64,000 nucleotides of DNA, taken from an uncultured Acidobacteriota bacterium (GTDB lineage: Bacteria > Acidobacteriota > Vicinamibacteria > Vicinamibacterales > Fen-181). Every line of letters begins with the position of its first letter. Within the stretch, counting starts at the first letter, position 1. The notes beneath the pieces were generated by a model. It had not been told where the DNA came from and searched no databases. It saw only the letters and a list, made by a program, of their open reading frames with translations. A program made the position numbers and the translations under genes. The DNA lies in assembly GCA_963776495.1 (NCBI GenBank), contig CAVZMW010000003.1, positions 196,326-260,325 of the forward strand, read 5' to 3'. Shown piece by piece: positions 20,315-29,715 of this stretch.

Positions 20315-22927
20315 ATGCTGCTCGAACTGCTGGCTCGCATCACGGCACGATTTCAGCGGCGCGACGTCGAACGTGAGGTCGACGCCGAGCTCGCCTTTCA
20401 CCTGGAGATGCAGACCGAGGCGAACCGCGCGCGCGGGATGACGCCCGGCGACGCGCGCCGGGCGGCCCTTCAGTCTCTCGGCGGAGCCGACCAGGTCAAG
20501 GAGGCCGTACGCGACTCACGCGGCACCTGGATCGACTCCGTCTGGCAGGACGTTCGGTACGGCGTCCGTGTTCTTCGCAGCTCGCCCGCATACGCGCTCG
20601 GGGTCATCGTCACGCTCGGCCTCGGCATCGGCGCCACGACGGCCGTGTTCTCGGTCGCCGACGCCGCCGCGCTTCGCCCGCTTCCCTACTCGCGGCCCGA
20701 TCGCCTCTTCGGCATCCACAGCCGATCGACATCCAACGGCCAGGTCTCGATGGGTGTCAGCATCCGCGACTTCCTCGTGTGGCGCGATCACCAGAAGGAC
20801 TTCGGACGAGTCTCGCTGGTCGGCGGCGGGACCTACAACCTCGTCGAAGGCGAGCCCGAGCAACTCAGAGGCTGTGAAGTCACCGGCGACATCTTCGAGA
20901 CACTGGGCGCGAAGCCGCTGCTGGGCCGCGTGTTCGGCCGCGAGCACGAGGTCAGGGGCAACCACTTCGTCGCGGTCATCGGCTACGGGTTCTGGCAGCG
21001 GCGGTTCGGCGGCGACCCGCACATCGTCGGACGGCGGCTGCGCCTCGACGGAGGAGTGTACGAGGTCCTGGGCGTCATGCCGGCCGGATTCACGTTCCCG
21101 CCGAGCGTCCGTCCGTACGATTTGTGGACGCCCTTCTCGTTCGACGCGTCGGCCAGGGAAGACGTGTCACCAGGTCGTAGCGCCGTGCTTCGCTTGAAGG
21201 ACGGCGTGTCCCCGGCACAGGCCGACGCCAGGCTGCAGTCGCTTTCCGGCGGCCTGAAGCAGATCCCGGGCTTTGGCTGGCGGCCCTTTCTGCTGCCGCT
21301 GGACGAGATCGAGGTCGGAGACAGCAAGCGCTGGATGGCGATGCTCCTGGGCGCGGCAGCGTTCGTGCTGCTCATCGCGTGCGCGAACGTGGCCCACCTG
21401 ACGCTGTCCCGCACCTCCGGCCGTGCTCGTGAGCTCGCCGTGCGGCGGGCGCTCGGAGGCGGGCGCCTTCGCCTCGTCCGCCAACTGGCGACCGAGAGTC
21501 TTCTCTTGTCGTCGGTGGCGACCGGGGTCGGCGTCCTGGTGGCGTGGACGGGCGTGCGGATTTTGAGCGCGTCCGCTCCGCGCAGCCTCGCTCGCCTGGC
21601 GGACATTGCCGTCAACGGGCGCGTGCTGGCGTTTGCCGTCGCGGCAGGTCTCGTGACGGGGCTCCTTTCCGCGGTGCTTCCAGCGGTGCGCGGCGCCCGG
21701 GCCGACGTCGTGGGTGGACTCAAGGACGGCGGCCCGCTGGCCACCGGTGGACGCGTCGGGCGCCGCTTCCGGGAGGCGCTGGCCTTCAGCGAGGTGGCCC
21801 TGTCGTTCGTGCTGCTGGCCGGGGCCGCGCTCTTCATCGCGAGCTTCATCCGGCTGATGAGCGTCGAACCTGGTTTCGACGTGCGCAACCTCGTCGTGCT
21901 CGAGGTCGACGTCCCGAAAGACGTGACCGCCGGGGGGCGCAGCCTCGCCGATCTGGAAACGCTGCTCGACCGGGTGCGCCGGACGCGCGGCGTCACGGGT
22001 GCCGGCGTGATCGCGAGCGGCTGGATGTTCGGCGGCGGTCAAATGACCTATCCCGCGCACGAGCCCGGTTCGCCGCGTCCACAGGGCGAAACCGGGTCCA
22101 GCGACCTCACGTGGGTGACTCCAGGCTTCTTCCGTGTCCTGGGTGTTCCACTGGTTCGCGGCCGCGACCTGGACGACCACGATACGATGAGCGCGCCGCC
22201 GGTGATCCTCGTGAACCAGACCGCGGCCCGTCGTCACTGGGGCGGCCTGAATCCGCTGGGCCGACAGCTCGTGGTTCAAGATCGAACCTACGAGGTGGTG
22301 GGCGTCGTCGGCGACATCGCGCAGGTCGGCACCGACGCCGGACCACGCCCGGTGCTCTACATTCCGCTGGCGCAGATGAAGCGCCGGGCGTACGGCTCGT
22401 TCGTCGCGCGTCTCGACGGTCCGGTCAGTGACACGATGGCCGGCATGAGGCGCGCGGTCCACTCCGTCTGGCCGCAGCAGCCGATCTCGAGGGTCGCCAC
22501 GCTCGAAGATGGCATCTGGCGCAGCACGACCACTCGACGCTTCAACACGATCCTGATGGCCGTCTTCGGGATCCTGGCGGTCGTCATCGCCGTCTCGGGG
22601 TTGAACAGCGTCATGACCTGCTCGGTGGGCGAGCGACGTCGCGAGATGGCGATCCGTCTCGCCCTCGGCGCGCGGCGGGACCAGGTGATCAGGACTGTGC
22701 TCGGCCGAAGCGCGCTGATCACGCTGCTCGGCGTCGGGGCGGGCGGCGGAGCGGCGTGGGCGCTCGGCCGCTACGTGGAGAGCTACCTCTTCGAGATTCG
22801 GCCGCACGACCCGCGCGTCCTGGCCGCCGCGGCCCTGCTTCTTGCGCTGCTGGCGATCCTGGCGTGCTGGCCGCCGGCCCGGCGGGCGTCGAACACCGAT
22901 CCGGTGGCGGCGCTCAAGACCGAGTAA
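20315..22927 (+). CDS. ADOP-type duplicated ABC permease (MacB-PCD/FtsX x2) with N-terminal prefix domain
   Basis: EVDAELAFHLEMQ, QDVRYGVRVL, LLIACANVA, RELAVRRALG, RREMAIRLALGA; no ATPase gene adjacent. Confidence 0.92.
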   Translation: MLLELLARITARFQRRDVEREVDAELAFHLEMQTEANRARGMTPGDARRAALQSLGGADQVKEAVRDSRGTWIDSVWQDVRYGVRVLRSSPAYALGVIVTLGLGIGATTAVFSVADAAALRPLPYSRPDRLFGIHSRSTSNGQVSMGVSIRDFLVWRDHQKDFGRVSLVGGGTYNLVEGEPEQLRGCEVTGDIFETLGAKPLLGRVFGREHEVRGNHFVAVIGYGFWQRRFGGDPHIVGRRLRLDGGVYEVLGVMPAGFTFPPSVRPYDLWTPFSFDASAREDVSPGRSAVLRLKDGVSPAQADARLQSLSGGLKQIPGFGWRPFLLPLDEIEVGDSKRWMAMLLGAAAFVLLIACANVAHLTLSRTSGRARELAVRRALGGGRLRLVRQLATESLLLSSVATGVGVLVAWTGVRILSASAPRSLARLADIAVNGRVLAFAVAAGLVTGLLSAVLPAVRGARADVVGGLKDGGPLATGGRVGRRFREALAFSEVALSFVLLAGAALFIASFIRLMSVEPGFDVRNLVVLEVDVPKDVTAGGRSLADLETLLDRVRRTRGVTGAGVIASGWMFGGGQMTYPAHEPGSPRPQGETGSSDLTWVTPGFFRVLGVPLVRGRDLDDHDTMSAPPVILVNQTAARRHWGGLNPLGRQLVVQDRTYEVVGVVGDIAQVGTDAGPRPVLYIPLAQMKRRAYGSFVARLDGPVSDTMAGMRRAVHSVWPQQPISRVATLEDGIWRSTTTRRFNTILMAVFGILAVVIAVSGLNSVMTCSVGERRREMAIRLALGARRDQVIRTVLGRSALITLLGVGAGGGAAWALGRYVESYLFEIRPHDPRVLAAAALLLALLAILACWPPARRASNTDPVAALKTE

Positions 22928-23056
22928 CCGGAGGAGGGCCCGTCCTCCGTTTCCTCGACCCGGCCACCGACTTCGCAGTGCGAGCGTCGACCGGCTGGGC
23001 GGCCCCGATGCAAACGCGTCGCCAGGGCCGGGCGCTTCGCTCGCGAGCCGCTCCGT

Positions 23057-23098
23057 CCCTCGACCTTGCTCGGGAAGCCCTGAGCGCCAGTCGAAGGG
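23057..23098. repeat. REP-like palindromic element; relatives at 16584-16620 and 43093-43133
   Basis: The reverse complement CCCTTCGACTGGCGCTCAGGGCTTCCCGAGCAAGGTCGAGGG aligns with CCCTTCGACTCGCTCAGGGCCGCCCCGAGTCATGCCGAGGG at 43093. Confidence 0.65.
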
Positions 23099-23420
23099 CG
23101 CAGGCCGGGAAAGCCTCCTCGCGGTGCCTCGGTTTCCGGATCTCTCCGTCCGGCTGGCGCTATCCGCGCTCGATCGACCGCACGCGCTTCGCCGGGGAAA
23201 CGCGAGGCACGCGCTCGCCGGCCTCCGCTCGCCAAAGATCTGGCGAGCTACGGCCAGGCCGCGCCGAAGCTGCGCATCACACGATCCTGCGCAGCGGAGG
23301 CGGGTCGCTTTCCGTGTCGTGGCTGGACGGCCTGCTCCGAAGGCTCGCTCGCGACGCATCCCGTCCCTGTCGCCGCCACCTCCATCGTGGCCTCGTGTTC
23401 AGCCGACCACTGTTCCCGTC

Positions 23421-23800
23421 CTCCGATTCCTCTCGCCGTCCTCCGATTGATCTGTCCGTCTTCCGATTGATCTGTCCGTCTTCCGATTGATCTGCCCGTC
23501 TTCCGATTGAAATGCCCGTCTTCCGATTGATCTGCCCGTCTTCCGATTGATCTGCCCGTCTTCCGATTGATCTGTCCGTCCTCCGATTGATCCGCCCGTC
23601 CTCCGATTGATCCGCCCGTCCTCCGATTGATCCGCCCGTCCTCCGATTGATCCGCCCGTCCTCCGATTGATCCGCCCGTCCCCCGATTGATCCGCCCGTC
23701 CTCCGATTGATCCGCCCGTCCTCCGATTGATCCGCCCGTCCTCCGATTGATCCGCCCGTCCCCCGATTGATCCGCCCGTCCCCCAATTGTCGGTTCCGTC
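23421..23800 (+). repeat. 20-bp tandem satellite, 17 copies (23441-23780) of YYCCGATTGATCYGYCCGTC plus degenerate ends
   Basis: Direct read; same core unit and orientation as the array at 19751. Confidence 0.97.
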
Positions 23801-23806
23801 CCCCGG

Positions 23807-24937
23807 TCAGAGCCAGCGTCGCTTCCAAAACCACGCGACCATCCCCAGCGCCGTGACGACGCAGATCCCCCAGAAGACGGGGTAGCCCCACACCCATCCG
23901 ATCTCGGGGAAGTACTTGAAGTTCATGCCGTAGACGCCCGCGAGGAAGGTCAACGGGATGAAGATGGTGCCGATGATGGTCAGCACCTTCATGACCTCGT
24001 TGAGCCGCTGGCTCATCGCGCTCATGTAGGTCTCGGTGAGGCCCGTCGCCATTTCGCGGTAGGTCTCGACGATGTCGATGATCTGCACCGTGTGGTCGTA
24101 CACGTCGCGCATGTAGGTGCGGGTCGCGTCGCTCATGCACGCGTGCGGCTCGCGCTGCAGGGCGCTGATCACCTCCCGCATCGGCCACACCGCCCGGCGC
24201 AGCAGCAGGAGTTCGCGCTTGAGCGTGTGGATGTCCTGGATGGCGGCCGGCGTCGGCCGCTGCAGCACCTCGACCTCGGCGTCCTCCAGACGGTCGCCGT
24301 AGAGCTCGAGGATCGGGAAGCAGTGGTCCACGATCGCGTCGAGCAGGGAGTGGACCAGGAAGCTGGCGTCGTTGGCCCGGAGCCGCGACCCCGGCGTCCT
24401 GGCGCGCTGGCGGATCCCGTCCCAGACGTCGCCGCGGCTCTCCTGGAAGGTGAGCACGGTGCGGCGCCCGAGGAAGATGCTGATCTGCTCGCTGCGCAGG
24501 TGGCCGTCGGCGAGTTCGAGCATGCGCGCGATGATGAACAGCCGCGCCTGGAGCTCGCCGTCGTCCTCGTACGGCTCGACCTTCGGCCGATGGGTGACGT
24601 GGAGGAGGTCCTCGATGGCCAGGGGGTGCAGGTGGTACTTCTCGGCCAGCCTGCCGATGGCTTGCGGGTCGCTGAGACCGTCCACGTTGATCCAGCGCAC
24701 CGTGGCCCACTCGGGACGATGACCGGCGAGGAACGCGTCGAGATCCGTCACCTCCAGCACCTGGGACTGATGGGGCCCGTAGTCGATGCAGGTGATCGAG
24801 ACCGGCTCCTGCGTGCCCGGCATGCGCGCGAGCTCCGACAATTCGATCCCGGCGACGGCTCCGGGCTTCGACCGCTTGCGCAGCCGCGGCACGCCGAAAT
24901 GCGGCCGCGTCGGTTTCGGGTTTGCCCTCGTGGTCAT
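23807..24937 (-). CDS. corA: Magnesium/cobalt transporter CorA
   Basis: WINVDGL, HPLAIED, EQISIFLG, DVYDH, GVYGMNF signature. Confidence 0.96.
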   Translation of the reverse strand: MTTRANPKPTRPHFGVPRLRKRSKPGAVAGIELSELARMPGTQEPVSITCIDYGPHQSQVLEVTDLDAFLAGHRPEWATVRWINVDGLSDPQAIGRLAEKYHLHPLAIEDLLHVTHRPKVEPYEDDGELQARLFIIARMLELADGHLRSEQISIFLGRRTVLTFQESRGDVWDGIRQRARTPGSRLRANDASFLVHSLLDAIVDHCFPILELYGDRLEDAEVEVLQRPTPAAIQDIHTLKRELLLLRRAVWPMREVISALQREPHACMSDATRTYMRDVYDHTVQIIDIVETYREMATGLTETYMSAMSQRLNEVMKVLTIIGTIFIPLTFLAGVYGMNFKYFPEIGWVWGYPVFWGICVVTALGMVAWFWKRRWL

Positions 24938-25202
24938 CGCGTTCGCGCCTCCGCCGCGCTGGAACGCCGGTAGTATACCCTCCGGCCTCCAGTGATCGGC
25001 ACCGCCGACCGGCCCGCCGGTTCGCGACCCGCGGCGCAACCTCGCCATCCAGATGCCCGAAGTGCGTCGCAAGTGCCGCCGCCAGGCACCCAGCTCCCGT
25101 AGCCGTGTCTGCCGCGCGCCCTGACTGGTCCGGTGAGTTCTTTCGACATTCCCCGCTTCCCCGCCTGGAACGGCACGTACATCGACGATGCTAGAATGCG
25201 TT

Positions 25203-25436
25203 ATGCCTCGAACACGAACCGCTCAGGCGCCAGACACGACCAGAGTCAAGCGCGGTGCGGGTCGCCGGCCGCCCGCGGACGAGGCCCTCACTCCAGCCGA
25301 GCGGCGCGCCGTCGCCATCGGCCGTCGCGAGCTGGCCTCCGGCGACTTCGTGACGGTGGAGCGGCTGTGCCGTGAATTGGAAGGTCCGCCTCGCCCGGAG
25401 CGCGGCGCGCGCCGTTCACGGAGCGCCTCCCGCTGA
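25203..25436 (+). CDS. Putative antitoxin of a type II TA pair
   Basis: Small ORF overlapping the RelE-like gene; extended -10 TG-C-TAGAAT 5 nt before the ATG. Confidence 0.6.
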   Translation: MPRTRTAQAPDTTRVKRGAGRRPPADEALTPAERRAVAIGRRELASGDFVTVERLCRELEGPPRPERGARRSRSASR

Positions 25437-25629
25437 CAGGATGCGTCTGCTCACAGCCCTGCTGGGCATGGAACAGGACCCGTTCTCCGGAGCCATACGC
25501 CAACTCCACGGCCAGCCCTACCCATGGCGCCGACGTGTTGGCGCCTGGCGGATTCTGTTCTCTGTTGACCGCGCTGCCCGAGTAGTCAGCGTCGCCGCCA
25601 TCGTCCGCCGGACCACCACCACTTATTGA
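25372..25629 (+). CDS. RelE/ParE family toxin
   Basis: 85 aa; WKVRLARSA...WRRRVGAWRILFSVD...VVSVAAIVRR, a typical RelE/ParE pattern. Confidence 0.85.
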   Translation: MNWKVRLARSAARAVHGAPPADRMRLLTALLGMEQDPFSGAIRQLHGQPYPWRRRVGAWRILFSVDRAARVVSVAAIVRRTTTTY

Positions 25630-25767
25630 GCCGCCTCTCGGAGCCTCGCCGCACGATTTGGCTGTGGTCGAGCTTACGAGCTACGATGGCGCGCGCGGGT
25701 AGTCGGTCGGCCTGTTTTCCGCACGGCGCGCACCTCGGGACGTGGCGACGCCGGCGCGGGAGGTTCC

Positions 25768-27865
25768 ATGAGCATCATCCTTCATCGAGGTCCGGTCCTG
25801 GCGGCGCTGGTCGCCGCGGTCATCGGCACCGGGGCGGCCATCGAGGCCCGGAAGCCGGCCCCGCCGGCGGCTGCGCCGGTTCCGCCGCTCGCGGCCGCCT
25901 ATCGTTCTCCGCAGGAGGTCAACGCGGCGCTTCTCGCCATCAACAAGGCCAACCCCGCGCAGACGGCGCTGCACCGGATCGCCACGAGCCCCGGCGGCGT
26001 CGAACTGATGGTGCTCGAGATCGGCCCCGAGGCGGGCAAGACCGCCCGCCGAGTGCCCGCCGTCTTCGTGGTGGCCAACCTCGAGGGGGTGCTGCCTCTC
26101 TCCACAGAGGGGGCGCTCGCGCTCGCCGACCGCTTGATCTCCAGCCCCGCCGCGGCGAAGAACCTCACGTGGTTCATCCTGCCGAACGGCAACCCCGACG
26201 CCGCCTCCCGGTACTTCCGGAAGCCGCTCGTCGCCGACGAGCGGAACGGGAGCAAGTGGAACGACGACATGGACGACCAGACCGACGAGGACGGGCCGGA
26301 CGACCTCGACGGCAACGGTCTCATCACCGAGATGCGGGTGAAGGATCCCGCCGGCGAGTGGATCCCGGTGGAGGGCGAGCCGCGCCTCATGCGCAAGGCC
26401 GATCCCGCGAAGGGCGAAAAGGGCCTCTACAAGCTCTACTCCGAGGGGATCGACAACGACGGTGACGGCGAGTACAACGAGGACCCGCCCGGCGGCACCA
26501 ACATCAGCATCACGTTCCCGCACCTCTTTCATCCCTGGACCTCCACCGGCGGCCGGTGGCCGGGCAGCGAGCCCGAGACGTTCGGGATCATGAAATTCGC
26601 GATGGACCACCCCGAGATCGCGATGACCTTCGCGTTCGGGTCCACGAACATGTGTCTGCAGCCGCCGGCCGGCGGGCGCCAGGGCAGCTTCGACGCCACC
26701 GCCATCAAGATCCCCGAGCGCATCGCGCCGCGCCTGGGCGCCGACCCGAACCGCACGTACTCCATGAAGGAGATCGTCGAGATGGTCCGGCCGCTCGCGC
26801 CGCCGGGATTCGAGATCACCGAGGGGGTCATCGCGTCGTTCCTCGGCCTCGGCGCGGTGGTGAACCCGCTCGACGACGACCTCAAGTTCTACAAGGAGCT
26901 GTCGGACCAGTACAAGGAGTTCCTCAAGACGGCCAAGCTGGACGCGAAGCGGCTCGATCCGGCGCAGCCGAAGGACGGATCGTTCGAGCTGTGGTCTGTA
27001 CTACCAGCTCGGCGTACCCGTGTTCTCGATGGATCTCTGGACGCTGCCCGACGTGAAAGCCGACGACAAGGAGAAGTCTGGCATCACGTTGGAGTCGCTC
27101 GAGGCGATGGCGCCCGACGCGTTCGTGGCGCTCGGCGAGCCGAAGATCGCGGCGTTCCTGAAGGAGATCGGCGCGCCCGACTCGATCAAGCCCGCGATGC
27201 TCGTCGAGGGCGTCAAGTCCGGCAAGATGACGCCGAAGCAGATGGCGGGGATGCTCAAGCAGATGCCGAAGCCGAAGGACTCGTCGGGCGCGGACCCGAA
27301 GCAGAAGGCGCTGCTGGCCTTCAGCGACAAAGATCTGCAGGGCAAGGGCTACGTGAACTGGGCCCCGTTCAAGCATCCCCAGCTCGGAGACGTCGAGATC
27401 GGCGGGATGGTGCCGTTCGCCGACACGACGCCGCCCGCCTCGATGGTCAAGCCCCTGCTCGACGGCCAGCTGCCGTGGGTGCTGAAGCTGGCCGAGAAGC
27501 TGCCGCGCCTCAAGATCCTGAAGAGCGAGGCGCAGGCGAAGGGCGCCGGCGTCTACGCGCTCACGTTGTGGGTCGAGAACGCCGGCTACCTGCCGTTCCC
27601 GACCGCCATGGGCCGGAAGAACCTGCACGTGCCGCCGGCCATCGTGCTGCTCGGCGGAAAGGGCGGCGCGAAGGACGTCACCTTCCTCTCAGGCCGCACC
27701 CGCACGACCATCGACGCGATTGACGGCGGCCGGAGCGCGAAGCTCGAGTGGCTCGTGCAGGTCGCGCCGACGAAGACCGGGATCGACGTCGCGGTCGAGT
27801 CGGCCAACGCGGGGGGTGACACCGGGCGGATCAACCTGGGCGGCGGGCAAGGAGGTGCGAAATGA
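25768..27865 (+). pseudogene. M14-fold metallocarboxypeptidase homologue, single frameshift near 26995-26998, zinc ligands degenerate
   Basis: ORFs 25768 and 27020 join as FELWS/YYQLGVPVFSMDLW if one base is removed (about 698 aa); co-linear with the downstream paralogue. May be a sequencing error rather than a true pseudogene. Confidence 0.75.
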
Positions 27866-29703
27866 GCGCGCGTCACGGGATCGGCACACTCACGCTGGCG
27901 GCGCTCGTCGCCGCCTCCTCGCTGCTCCTCGAGGCCTCGCCGCAGCGGGCCAGGCCCGTCGCGAAGCCCGCAAACGATCCGCAGGCCGCGGCACCGGCGA
28001 CCCAGTCGCAGCCCATCACCGTCCCCCTCAGGTTCGACCGCTACTACACCTACGAGCAGGTCGGCGAGGCGCTGCGGGCGCTGCACGCCGCCTACCCGCA
28101 GTTGACGACGCTCGACGTCGTCGGGAAGAGCGAGGAGGGGCGCGACATCTGGGCGATGACGGTGAACAACCCGAAGACCGGCGCCGCGCTCGACAAGCCG
28201 GGCGTCTACGCCGACGGCAACATCCACGGCAACGAGATCCAGGCGAGCGAGGTCTGCCTGGCGCTGCTCAACCGGCTGCTGACCGGCTACGGGCAGAACG
28301 AGGAGATCACGAGGCTGGTGGACCGCAACGCCTACTACGTGATCCCGACGGTCAACGTCGACGGCCGCTACCACTTCTTCCACGACCCGAACGATCCCAA
28401 CTCGAGCCGGAGCATCCGGATCCCGAAAGACGACGACCGCGACGGGCTGGTTGACGAGGACCCGCCCGACGATCTCGACGGGGACGGCAACATCTGCATG
28501 ATGCGGAAGAAGGACCCGTTCGGCCAATACAAGACCGACCCCGAGGATCCGCGGCTGATGGTGCGCGTCAAGCCGGGCGAGAAGGGCGAGTGGACGATCC
28601 TCGGCGAGGAAGGGATCGACAACGACGGCGACGGGAAGCTGAACGAGGACGGCGAGGGCTACGTGGACGGGAACCGGAACTGGGGCATCGACTGGGCGCC
28701 GCCCTACGTGCAGTCCGGGTCGGGCGACTACCCGTTCGAGGCGGCGGGCATGCGCGCCATCGCGAAGTTCCTCATGGATCGCCCGAACATCATCGTCGTC
28801 TTCGCCTTCCACAACAACGGCGGGATGTACCTCCGCGGACCGAGCACGAAGGCCGAGGAGCCGATGAATCCGTCCGACGTCGGCGTCTACGATCTGCTCG
28901 GCAAGAACTTCGAGAAGATCGTGCCCGGGTACCGCTACCTGGTGTCGTGGAAGGACCTCTACCCGACCTACGGGGACTTCACCGACTTCACCGACAACAT
29001 GATCGGGTCCTACAGCTTCACCGGCGAGCTGTTCGTCACCGAGTCGGAAACCTATCGGCCGCCGCCCAAGCCGGGTGCCACCGTGGCGCCGGCCGCGGAC
29101 ATCATGGACATGATGGACGCTGTCAACGACCAGGAGCGGGAGCGCCTGAAATTCAACGACAACGTGGCGCAGGGCGACCTCTACAAGCCGTGGAAGCCAT
29201 TCAAGCATCCGCAGTTCGGCGACATCGAGATCGGCGGCTGGGTGAAGATGAGCTCGCGGCTGCCGCACCCGTTCATGCTGAACGACCTGGTGCATCGCAA
29301 CGCGTCGGCCGTCCTGTTCGCGGCCGCCCAGACGCCGGTCATCTCGCTCGACGTGCTGACGCCGGTGAAGGCCGGCGCGGACCTCTACAAGGTTCGCGTC
29401 CGGGTGATCAACGGGGGCTCGATCCCCTCGCTGAGTTACAACGCGGTGCAGCGCAAGCTCCACCCGCAGGACATGCTGAAGGTGTCGGGCCCGGCGGTGA
29501 AGGTGGTGGCCGGCGGACGCGTCTCCGGCGTGCCGATCGAAACCGCCGCCTACAAGGCAAGACGCCCGGAGCTGCAGTTCCTCCAGGTGCCCGGCGACGG
29601 CAAGCTCGAATTCGAGTTCCTGGTGTCCGGCAAGGGCGAGCTGACCATCGCCTACCAGTCGCTCAAGGCGGGGAAGACCGCCAGGACGGTAGTCCTGCAG
29701 TAG
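27862..29703 (+). CDS. Secreted M14 family zinc carboxypeptidase with DxDxDG Ca-binding loops
   Basis: GNIHGNE (HxxE), NVDGR, FAFHNNGG, GELF; ATGA overlap with the upstream gene. Confidence 0.92.
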   Translation: MSARHGIGTLTLAALVAASSLLLEASPQRARPVAKPANDPQAAAPATQSQPITVPLRFDRYYTYEQVGEALRALHAAYPQLTTLDVVGKSEEGRDIWAMTVNNPKTGAALDKPGVYADGNIHGNEIQASEVCLALLNRLLTGYGQNEEITRLVDRNAYYVIPTVNVDGRYHFFHDPNDPNSSRSIRIPKDDDRDGLVDEDPPDDLDGDGNICMMRKKDPFGQYKTDPEDPRLMVRVKPGEKGEWTILGEEGIDNDGDGKLNEDGEGYVDGNRNWGIDWAPPYVQSGSGDYPFEAAGMRAIAKFLMDRPNIIVVFAFHNNGGMYLRGPSTKAEEPMNPSDVGVYDLLGKNFEKIVPGYRYLVSWKDLYPTYGDFTDFTDNMIGSYSFTGELFVTESETYRPPPKPGATVAPAADIMDMMDAVNDQERERLKFNDNVAQGDLYKPWKPFKHPQFGDIEIGGWVKMSSRLPHPFMLNDLVHRNASAVLFAAAQTPVISLDVLTPVKAGADLYKVRVRVINGGSIPSLSYNAVQRKLHPQDMLKVSGPAVKVVAGGRVSGVPIETAAYKARRPELQFLQVPGDGKLEFEFLVSGKGELTIAYQSLKAGKTARTVVLQ

Positions 29704-29715
29704 CGGGCGGGCGCT

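Noticed and set aside
19731-23800. 20-bp arrays as CRISPR
   Set aside because: The units are contiguous with no unique spacers, and no cas genes are in the window.
26995-26998. Programmed frameshift in the first M14 gene
   Set aside because: No slippery run or obvious stimulatory structure at the junction; an error or mutation is more likely.
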